A stretch of 63,864 bases of DNA, counting the filler, from Craspedostauros australis (Eukaryota): assembly GCA_030167865.1 (NCBI GenBank). It is 15 parts of 15 records of this genome, joined end to end, with 100 filler letters (N's around TTAATTAATTAA, not from the genome) between each part and the next. Parts side by side here need not be neighbours in the genome. Positions count along the whole stretch, not along the records: positions 41,919 to 51,237 come from JALAGF010006453.1; positions 51,338 to 53,628 come from JALAGF010006454.1; positions 53,729 to 56,964 come from JALAGF010006456.1; positions 57,065 to 59,458 come from JALAGF010006459.1; positions 59,559 to 62,647 come from JALAGF010006460.1; 10 more parts are not named here. One strand, given 5' to 3'. A program made the translations under genes and the position numbers. Of the stretch, positions 48,201 to 61,148 are shown in pieces. The notes beneath the pieces were generated by a model that was not told where the DNA came from, searched no databases, and saw only the letters and a program-made list of their open reading frames with translations. Position 1 is the stretch's first letter. Each line of letters starts with the position of its first letter.

Positions 48201-48378
48201 TGGGTCTCGACTGTGCATCGGCACCATTGGACGATGAGGAACCCGGGCCGTTGGCGGGATGCTGTGAGATGCCCTCGTTGGACATGCTCAGCGTGGGCGC
48301 TGGCGCCAAAGGTGCATGTCCAGGCATCGGTGGCTCACTCCCGTCTTCCTGCTTGATGCCGAGCATACTGAACACCAT
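45215..48378 (-). CDS. Heat shock factor (HSF-type DNA-binding) transcription factor, two exons: 48378-46748 and 46325-45215, about 913 aa
   Basis: [12 protein letters not shown]...[13 protein letters not shown]...[29 protein letters not shown]...CACAG intron (46747-46326) joins the two ORFs in phase. The start codon is uncertain. Confidence 0.9.
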
Positions 48379-51119
48379 TCTGCCGGTCTAACGGCTGTTC
48401 CGCCTGATCGTCTGTCAATTGGTAGCGGGAAATTCGTGGAGTAGCTTGCTATCGGTGTGCGCCATGCACATTCACCAGAGACGGAGTGCAAGTGGTTGCG
48501 GGCAGAGTCTCCTGTTGCCGAAAAGAGATGCGCTTGTACGAGTGTCCGTGGGTGTGCGTCCGTGTGTGCGTATTGGCAATCGTAGGCACTCTGTGTATGA
48601 ATGCGGCAATCAACCCTTTGGGGATTCAATTCTGCAGATCCTGATGCTGTGCTGCTTGCCAGTCCCGTCCCCAATCTCCTGCTTGGTGAATTGAATGACT
48701 TGAATAGCTTGAACGGTATGAATGGACCTGGTCTGAACTTGAGCAGGAGATGGTCCGGTATGCTCTTCCTTCCTTCCTTCCTTCGATCGCTATCCGCGCT
48801 ACTATACTATTCGAGTGTACAATCCCGCACACAGCGCAAGGATTTATTGATTGGTCAGCTGATGCACTCCAACCGATGCCTTGCCTCTCTTTGGTATCAA
48901 ACGATCGCGTATGAGTATAAAGTCTTGACCGTGCTGTTCTTGAGTGTGGAAGTCGCTGTGCGATGGAATGGCCTTCCAATGTGCTATTCTGCGTTTGATG
49001 AGTGTGGAGCGGCAGCTGCGCCTACTCCACTCTTGTGTCTGCTTCGATTCTTGCAGCCCAGCCCTTGCGGTTCCGTTTGCTGTCGCTACCATGCACTGTT
49101 GCGACAAGAGAGTTGCGTCTGTGTGGGCGATCTTTCGTGTGCTGTTTCGAACACGGGGCTATGATAGTCCCCCCACAAAGAGATGCGCCAAAAATCTGCC
49201 TTGTGCACAAAACGAGACACCAGAGTTGGCACGATTTTGGTCGGGGTGGCGACGAAATGAAACACGATACCAAATGCCGTGTTTGCGGAAGCTGGTGTCA
49301 ACGCTGATGCTGATAATGTGAATGTTACACTGTCGCAATGGAATGGTTGCGGCGACAAGGACGACGTCGATTACAACGACAACGCCAATGACGATGACGA
49401 TGATGATGTCTGTGTTGCTGACGAGAGGATGGGTGATGGATGGTGTGAGTGCGAGTTTGAGTTTGAGTTTGAGTTTGAGGTGATGTGCCCAGTGATGATG
49501 TCGCATCGTGAAGCGAGACGCGTTCTGTTTTTGTTAGTGCTGCGGCGTCTGGCAACAACAACTCGTTTGGCAGCGCGATGGGCGTGTTTGGTTGTCTTCT
49601 TCCTTTGTTGTGCTCGTGTTGTTGTTGGAGGTGATGGGACTGTGTTAGTCTCTTTTGCATTGACATCAAATCAAAGAGTGGACTGGAACGACCGTCGCAA
49701 CAGTCGTCGTATCACGAAACGAGAAGGCACACCCGTGCTGCATGTGACACGGAAACGACATTGATTGTGTCCGAATCGGAGACAGGCCATTCGAGGCCAG
49801 TCGCGATCATGATGAGAGGTGGATGCTCGCCTGTCGTTTTAGTCGTCGTAGTCGTACAGTCGTCGCGCTCGCACAGCAATGGTTGCCCAATCAAGAGGCC
49901 CTGTTTCAGTCCTGGCGACATTCAGCGATAGTGTTGTCGCGCCAGCCTCTTCGTGACTCACCCCAACTCCCGCCAAGAACTGTTCGCACACAACTTCACA
50001 CCAAAACACACGACTTGACAACAACGCACACAGGATGGAGAAACGCAGCAAAAAACAGACAAACAGATGAGGAACAAATGCAAGAAGGTGCGCAATGGAG
50101 GCAAGGTTGGCGTCGTTGGGGCGAGAGAAGCGGAGTTGAGCAGAACAGAGCAGCAGAATCTTCATTCCTCTCCGGTGTGGATGGAGAACATCACTCTCTC
50201 CGTATTTCCCTTGCGACATCACAGCGTGCACTTTTCACGATTGGCGATTGCAACCATTGGCACAAAAGCGATGTCGCCATCATCCAAAAGAGAGAAGAAC
50301 AAATGATCGGCAAGGACTCCGATCGCTCATTCAAGATCAACACATCAACAACAGCAACAACAGCAACAACAACAACGACAGCAACATTGCTCACACTCGA
50401 TGTACTTGCACCTGGAGTCGACCAGATCAGAGCACTCGATCACATCTTCGTTCCATCCAACATCTCTGCTACTTCGACTCACAAAAGCCGAGTCTCCTCA
50501 TCAGTCCGCAAACTCCGAAATAAGTCTTCTTCCACATTCGAACACAGCCAAACACATTCGAACACATCCAAAAGACATCCAAGCGTGCTCGCCACAAACA
50601 ACCAACCTGCGATTCTCGATCCGTGAACGTCTTCTAACTTGTTCCTTCTCAAAACATTCAGCCAAGAGGAAAACACGGGGGAACACGGTAATTTGTCCAC
50701 TCACGACTCCACAAGCTCGTGATTGAGCTGAATCGAGTCGTGCTTTATGACGTAGTTCCTGTCAAGCGCTGAAGATGCGCGCCGGGCGTGCCTGATCCCG
50801 GAACGCCGCTCTCGCCCGATTCCCAATCGTGTGCTTGGTTAGTTGTGAGGTTCGCTTGTGCAAACGAGTGTCACTTTCGTGTCGTTTGGTGAACGGGCGT
50901 GATGCCGAAAACAAGCTTCAGAGTACTGCAACATGTTACATTGTTTCAATTCGAACAAATGTGTTCTTCATTTTTGGACAAGTCACGATTTCGTGTCGCA
51001 TACACACAATATGCTAGCTCTTTCGATTATGTTTGAAATGTCCTACCACCAATCAAAAACATTGTGTACAAATATACGTAGAACAAGTACCAAGTTTGGC
51101 CTTGTTTGAGTTTTTGTGT

Positions 51120-51237
51120 CGGGGGACACAGGGGGTACACAGGAGAGACACAGGGGGTACACAGGGGGTACACAGGAGAGACACAGGAGAGACACAGGAG
51201 AGACACAGGAGAGACACAGGGGGTACACAGGGGGCAC
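51120..51237. repeat. Minisatellite (acacaggaga / ggggtacaca variants)
   Basis: Direct reading of tandem units of about 10-11 bp. Confidence 0.9.
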
Positions 51238-51337
51238 NNNNNNNNNNNNNNNNNNNNNNNNNNNNNNNNNNNNNNNNNNNNTTAATTAATTAANNNNNNN
51301 NNNNNNNNNNNNNNNNNNNNNNNNNNNNNNNNNNNNN

Positions 51338-53628
51338 TGCCTTGGTCACGCCGATTTCGTTGGGGATGCGAAATGTTTCCCGATTTCTCTGGAACGCCGG
51401 TTCAGATCCTACCGAGTGTAAAGATGAGATGACGCTGTCTGCCTCGTCATCCGGATCTGACACCTTGGTCGATGGAACGTTGGTTGACTCGGTGTATCCC
51501 TTTTTGTCCCTTCCTATCGCGTTGGCTTCGCGATCGATGCCCAGCTCCCTGTATAGGTGGTCGATGTCTTCCGCGGAGAGATTGTCCACCATGTCGAAAA
51601 GGGTGCCTTGGATCGAGATGGCCGTGTCGGNNNNNNNNNNNNNNNNNNNNNNNNNNNNNNNNNNNNNNNNCATTCCGATGAGCTCCTCGAGACTCAGAGT
51701 ATCAAGGAATGCGTCCACCTTGGGGTACTCCTCGTGTACACGGTTGGGCTCTCCTGCGCCGTGCTCGACTGGGTGACGGGCGTTGGGTTCCATGGGTTCT
51801 CGTCCTTCCATGGGAATATCCGGGATACCGTCCTTGGGTTGGCGTGTCCCGGGTTCCATAGGATCTTTCGATGCGTTGTGGGCGCTTGAATCCATCGCTC
51901 CAGCGTCATGCGGTGCATCAGGTTGGTCATTCCAGTTGACTACCTTATCTCCTCCGATTGGGTCCCTGGTAAGGTAGCAACCCATGGGCACGTTGCATAC
52001 GTGTCCTCCTTGGTGATCCGAAGGGTTCCATCCTTGCTTTGGGGTGATGTCATAGGTGGGCAGATCCCCATCGTCCTCCATGATGGGGAAGACGTCGAAT
52101 GTCATCAGCGCGTCTCGCATCTCCAAGTTGATCGTCGTGTCTTCGTCGGGCATTAGGCATTGTCGGCCTGTGCCTGGTGTCGCGAACGATGCCCGGTGTT
52201 CCGACGAAACCGTATCGAGGACGGTTCCACTAGCCCGAATTTGGTGGTCGGATAGCAGCGTCACCCGACTGTCGACGTTCAGAGCGGCTTCGTAGATCCG
52301 GAGGATCACTTCGTTGCCTTCCCTGGTTCTGGCCTTTATACTTGCGTCTACCACCGCGAGGTTGTTCTTCCTCATCGTGCTGGCCACGGCACCGACGATG
52401 TTGTACGTCCGGTGCGGGTAGACGTAGTCAATCTTCCAGACCCGGTCCTTGTTCCCGATAACGCAGCATTGTGCGCCTCCGTCACATACCGCGTATGTTT
52501 GCGGTGAGAAGGTCGCCAGGTTGATCAGCTGTTCGGGTACTGACTGGTGTTGGTTGGATTCTGGTGGGTCGACGGGGATGGTGGCGTCAGATGAATCACT
52601 CATCGTGATCATCTTCACGAGCCGGTCGTCGCCGTTCTCCTCGTGTCCTCCATAATCCACCAGGAACTTGGCAAGCTCCGAAGCGTCAATCGAGGATAGG
52701 TCCGATCCATCCTCGTCCTGGGAATCGGATCCCTCGGTGGATCCTGTGGTGTACCTGGCCAGGTTCGCGTGGGTGACACCTCCATACTGTTTGTGTGGCT
52801 TGGTTTCCTCCCCTTTGTCTGGGGGCTTCACGCTGGCAGGTGGGTTGGGTTCATCCTGCTCCTTCTTGCTCTCGACGCGAGTGAATCCGGATCCGTTCCG
52901 GTCATTGTTGCGGCGGGCCCAGCGAAGGGAGCTGCGGAGTTTCATGATCACTCGGCGGACCTTTTCGGGTAGCCCGTCGAATACTTCTTGTGAGATGAAG
53001 GTAGGGTCTNNNNNNNNNNNNNNNNNNNNNNNNNNNNNNNNNNNNNNNNNNNNNNNNNNCCGTTCTCCTCGTGTCCTCCATAATCCACCAGGAACTTGGC
53101 AAGCTCCGAAGCGTCAATCGAGGATAGGTCCGATCCATCCTCGTCCTGGGAATCGGATCCCTCGGTGGATCCTGTGGTGTACCTGGCCAGGTTCGCGTGG
53201 GTGACACCTCCATACTGTTTGTGTGGCTTGGTTTCCTCCCCTTTGTCTGGGGGCTTCACGCTGGCAGGTGGGTTGGGTTCATCCTGCTCNTTCTTGCTCT
53301 CGACGCGAGTGAATCCGGATCCGTTCCGGTCATTGTTGCGGCGGGCCCAGCGNAGGGAGCTGCGGAGTTTCATGATCACTCGGCGGACCTTTTCGGGTAG
53401 CCCGTCGAATACTTCTTGTGAGATGAAGGTAGGGTCTTCATGTAGTCTCTTCGAGATGGCATTGATGACCATCTCGGTGTTAGATCCAGCTTGATCTTGG
53501 TTGGCTTCGGCGGTTGCCTTGAAGATCCTGCGTTTGCCGGACCTTGATCCCCGCTGGTTGCTGGCTACCGCATTGTCCCTGGCGGACTCGGAGATGAGGT
53601 ACATGCAGGTGGCTCCCATCGACTGCAT
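51338..53628 (-). mobile_element. Copia (CoDi-type) gag end and aspartic protease region
   Basis: AVCDGGAQCCVIG...TLLSDHQIRASG...VSSEH...LPTYDIT; about 380 bp is re-read across the gap. Confidence 0.7.
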
Positions 53629-53728
53629 NNNNNNNNNNNNNNNNNNNNNNNNNNNNNNNNNNNNNNNNNNNNTTAATTAATTAANNNNNNNNNNNNNNNN
53701 NNNNNNNNNNNNNNNNNNNNNNNNNNNN

Positions 53729-55461
53729 TCCCGTCCAGCTTGTTCCAGCGCTTTCCCTTCTCGTCGAAGCACACACTTCCTGTGTTGCTATTTTCGTTGT
53801 TGTTGCCAATTCGTGGCTTGGTAGGTTGCATCCTTACCATCTCGATCATCTCACAGTAGGAATCGCAGCCAGCCCTCGAGCATGTATCTCACGACGGCAG
53901 TTGGTGCCACATGATCATCTCGATGCTTTCCATTGCTGCTCCTCGCGTCACTCTTGATGTCGTCTCGATTATGGGCCATGCCCATTCCTGCGTAGGTCTA
54001 GATCGTCCTTCATCTTATCATCCCTGCCTGCATGCTCGTGCTCGATTGCGTCGCGCGCGCCATGCGCACAGACGTTCAGCATCAGCGATCTGGTGTTGCT
54101 CCTCGTCCATCTCGGCTTCCATATCGACCGAGTGCTGATGAGGTAGCTACATTCTTGCAGGGTAGGTTGGAAGCTCTCTTTGCTTCCTCAATTGCATCTT
54201 GTTGAGCTCCGTCAGCTGTCTCGCCCTCATGGCGCAGTCTGCTGAATCCGATGCATCCGAGAGCGTGGCCTGCTGCGTCCGAATCTCTTCTTGCGTACAG
54301 CTCGCTCTCGTACTCCAACACAGCCGTGAAGGTCTCCATGCCTTCCTTGACTTCATGGTCCCATGACCATGGACAGTTCTTCCAATGCGTGTGTCGAGCG
54401 CCCTCCTTGCTTCCGGCAATACATGTAGTGTCTGTACTTGCCTCANCTGCGGTCTCCACTCTGCTGGTGGACTCGCGGTGGTGCTCGACTCGATCATCAT
54501 CATCGTCTTGACATCGTCGTTCGTGTGAGGGTTGCCATGCCGATCTTGGCATCCATTGGCAAGGAGCATCATGCTCCAGAGCGGCTTGCTCTCCTCTCTC
54601 TTCACACAGGGGACCATTACTCGCGATGGTCTTGAGTGTAGATGGTGGTCATGTCGGTGATGGTGATGTTGGCTAGTGTTGGTGGTGGTGGAAACGTTGG
54701 ATTTGGTGAGCATACTCAGCTTCTGTTGGAAATCCGGGGTACCCCAGTCTCTAGTAGTAGTCTCTGGTTACCTATTCATNNNNNNNNNNNNNNNNNNNNN
54801 NNNNNNNNNNNNNNNNNNNNNNNNNNNNNTTCGCTCCTCATCCATCTCGGCTTCCATATCGACCGAGCGCTGATGAGGCAGCTCCATTCTTGCAGGGTAG
54901 GTGGGAAGCTCTCATTGCTTCCTTCATTGCATCTCGTTGAGCTCCTTCAGCTATCTCGCCCTCATGGCGCAGTCTGCTGAATACGATGCATCCGAGAGCG
55001 TGGTCTGCTGCGTCCGAATCTCTTCTTGCGTACAGCTNNNNNNNNNNNNNNNNNNNNNNNNNNNNNNNNNNNNNNNNNNNNNNNNNNNNNNNNNNNNNNN
55101 NNNNNNNNNNNNNNNNNNNNNNNNNNNNNNNNNNNNNNNNNNNNNNNNNNNNNNNNNNNNNNNNNNNNNNNNNNNNNNNNNNNNNNNNNNNNNNNNNNNN
55201 NNNNNNNNNNNNNNNNNNNNNNNNNNNNNNNNNNNNNNNNNNNNNNNNNNNNNNNTTCGTGTGAGGGTTGCCATGCCGATCTTGGCGTTCATTGGCAAGG
55301 AGCATCATGCTCCAGAGCGGCTTGCTCTCCTCTCTCTTCATACAGGGGACCATTACTCGCGATGGTCTTGAGTGTGGATGGTGGTCATGTCGATGATGGT
55401 GATGTTGGCTAGTGCTGGTGGTGGTGGAAACGTTGGATTTCAATCATAACGTTTCGAAACG
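53729..55461 (-). mobile_element. Two pieces of family-A non-autonomous internal region with an LTR stub (54724-54779)
   Basis: Homologous to 360-1895 and to each other. Confidence 0.75.
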
Positions 55462-56376
55462 TGTTGGAAATCCGGGGTACCCCAGTCTCTAGTAGTAGTN
55501 NNNNNNNNNNNNNNNNNNNNNNNNNNNNNNNNNNNNNNNNNNNNNNNNNNNNNNNNNNNNNNNNNNNNNNNNNNNNNNNNNNNNNNNNNNNNNNNNNNNN
55601 NNNNNNNNNNNNNNNNNNNCATGCAGTGCTGTCCTCCTGCTTCATCATGTCATGCAGCATGTACTCCATGTACATCTCATCTTGCAGTATTGGTTCATCT
55701 CATCGTGCATCTCAGATATCCCATCTCCTGCCCTCTACCAATAGTTTCATTAGCGTAGACATCGCCGAGTCGTAGGCATCATACAGATCGGTTCATTCGA
55801 TCAGATCACGATTTCCCACTCGTCACAGGAGCACCTTGGTTGGGAGCTCATTCAGCTCCTCGACCATCAAACATCTCCGATCTTCTCCGATGCTTCTCCT
55901 GTTGTTTCTCCCATTACTTCGCCGATCACTTCACCGGCTTCCTGGATGTTCCTCATCTCAGGTTCGTTCACAGGCCATCTCACACTTCGTGACATTGGCC
56001 TTCCTCCAGTACTCTTTTCTCATTGGTTGCGACATGGGGGCCGTAGTCGCTCGTNTCGTGATGTTGGTCACGATTCCAACATCCCCGCCCCCTGCGACAT
56101 ACACGTGTGATTGGCATTCCTGCATTGAGGTCACGGACACCATAGTCCGGTTCGCATTCGGCACGTGGCGTTCTCCATCACAAGTTACGTGCAGCTCACA
56201 TTTTTCTGTGTCACAATGATCAAACGTGGGAGTTGCGGTAATATATCATTTCATGACATTCGACTCCTGACTCTTGGGTTATTGGGAGGTGCGGTAGTGT
56301 AGCATTCCACGATGCTCAACTCCGCACTCTTGGGAGGTGCGGCAATTCGGTGTTTCACAACACCCGATTCCTGACA
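55462..56376 (-). mobile_element. 5' LTR family A
   Basis: Reverse complement of the 33950-34914 type; TG...CA ends. Confidence 0.9.
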
Positions 56377-56414
56377 CGTACATCTTGACATATACTCACA
56401 TGTACATCTCGACA

Positions 56415-56964
56415 AACTTCATGACTCTCAGCATCTCTTTGTACGCTGCGGCCGTTGGTCCGTCCAACACCTTGGTCAGCTCTTGCACTGCATTGGCGAT
56501 GTCGGGTCTTGAGTGTTTCACCAGGTACAGCAGCATCCCCACTCCGCTTCGGTAGTTGCTGTGTCGCTGCTTGTCGACCTTTGGTGAGTCACTCTCTCTC
56601 TNNNNNNNNNNNNNNNNNNNNNNNNNNNNNNNNNNNNNNNNNNNNNNNNNNNNNNNNNNNNNNNNNNNNNNNNNNNNNNNNNNNNNNNNNNNNNNNNNNN
56701 NNNNNNNNNNNNNNNNNNNNNNNNGTGGTTGAAGTTGATCTTACAACTGAGGTAGTCTTCGAGATCTTCTTCCACCTTGATACCGAATCGCTTTGCCTTG
56801 ATGTCCCCCACGAGGTCCTTCAGCTCCTGTTCATCCCCGATGCACAGGCAGTCGTCGACGTAGGTTCCGATCAGTAACAATCTCCCTTCCTGATTCCGAA
56901 TCAGGAGGCATGGATCCACCTTGCTCTGTCTGAATCCCATTTCGATCAGGATGTCGACCAGCTT
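56415..56964 (-). pseudogene. Copia reverse transcriptase fragment (different subfamily)
   Basis: GFRQSKVDPCL...GTYVDDCL and GVGMLLYLVKHSRPDIANAV; cut by an LTR-B terminus at 56377-56414. Confidence 0.9.
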
Positions 56965-57063
56965 NNNNNNNNNNNNNNNNNNNNNNNNNNNNNNNNNNNN
57001 NNNNNNNNTTAATTAATTAANNNNNNNNNNNNNNNNNNNNNNNNNNNNNNNNNNNNNNNNNNN

Positions 57064-57795
57064 NGCCCGAATTGCTTGCTTGAGGTCCGAGCGGAAGATG
57101 CCCAGGTCATTCATGTATCCACACGGATAGGGGCCATTCACCCAAACAATGTCTCCTCTGCTTATGGAAACAGCAACTTCGTACCTCACACCAGCAGCCT
57201 TGAACTTGTGCGAGTACCACACCTTGTTAAACGGTTTGGGGTCGTTAGTGCGAAAGTCAGTGCCGTCGACAGTCAAGAAAGCGCTCCCATTTCTGTCTGC
57301 GTCAATAAAGCGGTTGTCTAGGTCAATCTGTAGGCAAACAAGATGGATACGAGCAGTCACGAACGAAAATTGTGAGTGAGTCGTGGTAGGCGAAAAAAAG
57401 AGTTCGCATCGGTCGGGGTTCTCATGTGCTGCACTTACGATGTCATGACGCAACTCCTCAACGGCTCTAGCCATGACCCACGCCCACTGGCGGAAAGTTT
57501 TCGCGCTGGTGTTCATCATCCGCGCCACCACTGTCTCAGACAGGTACATTCGGAGGAACGCGCACATCCAAAGGAGGTGCTTCGGCTTCGCATTGCAGGG
57601 GAGAAGACCTGTGCCAATCAGGTCTTCCCAGAGGAGGTGAGTGATGGACGGATCGGTGCCAAACATCGCGCGAAAATTACGCAACTGTGCATCGTTGAGG
57701 GTGTCCATGTCGCGGTGATGCACGTTGTCTCCCATCAGCAAAAATCCTTCGGCTGCAAATTCACCAGCACTGGTACTCTCCGCTGCCGAATCCAT
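57064..57795 (-). mobile_element. Harbinger/PIF transposase (partial) with a 111-bp intron at 57328-57438
   Basis: HLLWMCAFLRMY, KTFRQWAW, TVDGTDF, WYSHKFK and GDIVWVNGPYPCG; GTAAGT...CAG intron. Confidence 0.9.
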
Positions 57796-59242
57796 GTCTG
57801 TGAGTCGTGCCTGAGTTGTGATTCGACTATGTGGAATGCAAGTTCGTGTTGGTTTCAACGAAGACTACGTTTTGTGTGGCAAGAGTAGCAGTGTCAAGTT
57901 TGTTGGTCATGGAGGAAGTGGCTTGTTGTTGCTAACATAATTACCTGATGATGACCATGTAGTCTATGAATTAGCTGCACCAGTTTTTGCCAACTCAAAG
58001 CATGTGCATACGGCATTCGGTGTGGAAGTCGTGCTCCATCCTCCCACGACTTCATTTGCAACGGACAATGTGTGATCCCTCCTTTGGTGTATCCGCATGT
58101 GCTACGTGGCCTAAAGGAACGAGACATGCTGTGATGAATTGGACTGTCTGTTTCGCTGGTCATTGCGCCTTGCAACATCAACGTGGGAGTAGAGCGCAGA
58201 GCAGGCAAGCGCAGACAACAGAATACAATTGCGTTGACTCGTGTATGCAAGACTTCTATGGATTGGTAGACTGCCCTAGTCCGTTGTTGGAGCTGATGCG
58301 ATTGGCTTGCTCGGTCAGGCAACGAACATTGCTAGTGCATGTGATGCCTGGTTGCGCACTCGCAGGTGGCCGCGCTGACCACATGGGGCATGTCACCAGT
58401 ACCAGCGACGCGACGAGGCGCAGGCACCCACGATTCCGCCAATGACGAACCTCCATGGCATGACATTCGTACCAAGCTCAAGAACAAGGCCTCAGTGAGG
58501 CGGTGAACATCTGTATCCAGCGTCATTGACAGAATCAGGAGTCGTAGCGCTAGTTGCAATCCTTCCTTGCCGTCCCCAAGGACAACGGAAAAAGTCAAAC
58601 AAGAAAGAAACAAATGAAAAGGCCCAACGGTATTGCAAACATAATTTATTTTGTAATTCCGACCCTTTATCCCCAGCAATCGGAGCAAAAAAGAGAAATA
58701 GGCAACACTGTCATCGTGGTGAGATGAAGAATACGCCAAGAATTCCAAANNNNNNNNNNNNNNNNNNNNNNNNNNNNNNNNNNNNNNNNNNNNNNNNNNG
58801 GTGAGATGAAGAATACGCCAAGAATTCCAAAATAATTTATTTTGTAATTCCGGGTGGAATTGCGATTGTAATTCTTTTTGGGGGATGGAAGAGCAATGAC
58901 TTTACGATTATTTCACGATGACTTGTGACGATTGAACGTGCTTCCACTGGCACAATCATGCGTGGTATTGTGGGACATAAAATTTGATAATGTGTGTCAC
59001 TGAGCTGAACAGATGTCCAGATATTTCATGACGGGACATCAAAACAAGACTATAATAGTGCTTCTGTTCGTGTGCAACAGAGTATGACCACTTCGAAGAC
59101 TACTAGGCAGACGAATAGAAAGCTGAATGGTTTCGATGCACAGGAGACCGCGTCAACCTCAGGATGAGCAGCAGATGTAGTGCAAGGGAGGTGGAGAGGC
59201 TGCCTTTTGTTTGTACGCTTGCAATATCACACAAAAACCACG

Positions 59243-59438
59243 ATGGCGAAACCGAAACGCTGGATCTACAGCAGCAAACTGGTGCAGACCCTCAAAGAGC
59301 AAGTGCGAGACAACATCATCAAACCAGAGTGGGACGGAAAAGAGGTGTGGAGGAGGTCCAGCATCGCGCGCAACTTCATCGAAAGCGAATTTCCGAGAAA
59401 CCTGGCGAAACTTCGCGCCAAGGTCCAACAAGAAAAAA
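59243..59438 (+). CDS. First exon of a small helical protein, possible Harbinger accessory (DNA-binding) ORF
   Basis: MAKPKRWIYSSKLVQTLKEQ...EFPRNLAKLRAK followed by GTGAGT; divergent from the transposase on the same scaffold. Confidence 0.4.
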
Positions 59439-59558
59439 GTGAGTGCCTTGAATCTGTGNNNNNNNNNNNNNNNNNNNNNNNNNNNNNNNNNNNNNNNNNN
59501 NNTTAATTAATTAANNNNNNNNNNNNNNNNNNNNNNNNNNNNNNNNNNNNNNNNNNNN

Positions 59559-60060
59559 TCCATCGCCATTGCTTCGCCGCCATCGCTCCATCGCCATTGC
59601 TTCGCCGCCATTGCGTTCATCGCCATTGCGTTCACAGCCATTGCTTCGCTGCCGTTGCTATCGCAGCCATCGCTCCATCGCCATTGCTTTGCCGCCATTG
59701 CTTCGCCGCCATTGCTTCGCCGCTATTGCATTCCCCGCCATTGCTTCGCCGCCATTGCGTTCACCGCCATCGCTCCATCGCCATCGCTTCGCCGCCATTG
59801 CTTCACCGCCATCGCTCCATCGCTATTGCGTTCCCCGCCATTGCTTCACCGCCATTGCTCCATCGCCATTGCTTCACCGCCATCGCTCCATCGCCATTGC
59901 TTCGCCGCCATCGCTCCATCGCCATTGCTTCGCCGCCATTGCTTCGCCGCTATTGCGTTCACTGCCATTGCTTTTGCCACAGTTGCTTTCGCCGCCACTG
60001 TCGCTGCTTTCGCTGGCGTTGCTTTCACTGTTGTTGCTATCGCCGCCTTGCTGCCGTCGC
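59559..60060. repeat. Complex minisatellite of about 14-bp units (tcgccgccattgct / catcgctc variants)
   Basis: Direct reading; the repeat decays toward 60060. Confidence 0.95.
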
Positions 60061-60278
60061 TGTTGTTGTGGTCGTGACGACGATGAACGTGGCCACTCCA
60101 TTTGATGAAGCGGCGAATTGTGTGTGGATGGCACTGCCCCTCCTTGTCTGTGGGTCGAAAGCCGCTGGCGCTGTGTTTGGCCTCAACTCACAGGGAGCAA
60201 CGGTAAAATGGCAATTACCATAGGTCGAAAAATAGCTGAAGTGAAACACGTATGCCACAACGACTTGGAGTGACAAGC

Positions 60279-61059
60279 TGTTGGCAAGTTCCGAACTTCG
60301 GAAGCCTACGATCATGGAAGACAGTGTTGGTTGATAGTCATTCTGTTTGCTGTTTCATTACTTGAGCACTCCGATCCTCTTCGTGTCTCCGTTCTCTTGC
60401 CTGATGATCTTGGCGTGTCTGTCTGTTTCGTAGATTGGGTCTCCGACTACGAGTCGGTACACGAGATGCTCTCTCGCTGCTATTCGTATTCTCTCTCTCT
60501 CTCAATGTTGTGTGTTCATGCTACACGATACTCTTCGTTCAATGTGTACTCCGCATTTGACACTTCGTTCATTCACTACTGGCTTGCCACTCCATGAGTG
60601 CTTGCCACTTGAACTCCTCCTTGTGTATCCACAATCTTGATGCCCTTCAGTCATCGAATCTTCACTTTCTGCTTCTGACATGGAGAAAGATGTTGACATC
60701 AGCTGTCGTCTTGCTGTTCCTCCAGATGTCACGTTCCATCAATGATGTCGATGGCTTGATGAGGATGTTGTCATTTGAGGTTTTGTTGGGAAGTACATCG
60801 AGGCTCGCTCGATACCATACGTCTCCATTGATGGATGGACGGACGATCTTCCAATTCTCTCAGAAATCGTTGATTGCAAATTTCCTCCAGAAATTCTCCT
60901 CATGTTTCTGTGTTCCATTTCCACTGTGATTTTGCCAAATTACAGCATATTATCGACACAACTGTAGTTGTACCGTCCATACATGTATGAGAGAATAGCA
61001 GGTGAACGATGCACATATACACGTACATCTTGACATATACTCACATGTACATCTCGACA
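60279..61059 (-). mobile_element. 3' LTR of Copia family B
   Basis: Preceded on the minus strand by purine tract aggaaggg; tgtcgagatg...cttgccaaca. Confidence 0.92.
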
Positions 61060-61148
61060 CCCTTCCTGTGTGCNNNNNNNNNNNNNNNNNNNNNNNNNNN
61101 NNNNNNNNNNNNNNNNNNNNNNNNNNNNNNNNNNNNNNNNNNNNNNNN

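Noticed and set aside
48600..51050. ORFs upstream of HSF (187, 161 and 267 aa)
   Set aside because: Low-complexity, microsatellite-rich intergenic sequence with no recognisable domain.
59569..60223. Ala/Pro/Arg/His-rich ORFs (also 28098-28673 and 37236-37643)
   Set aside because: They are translations of minisatellites.
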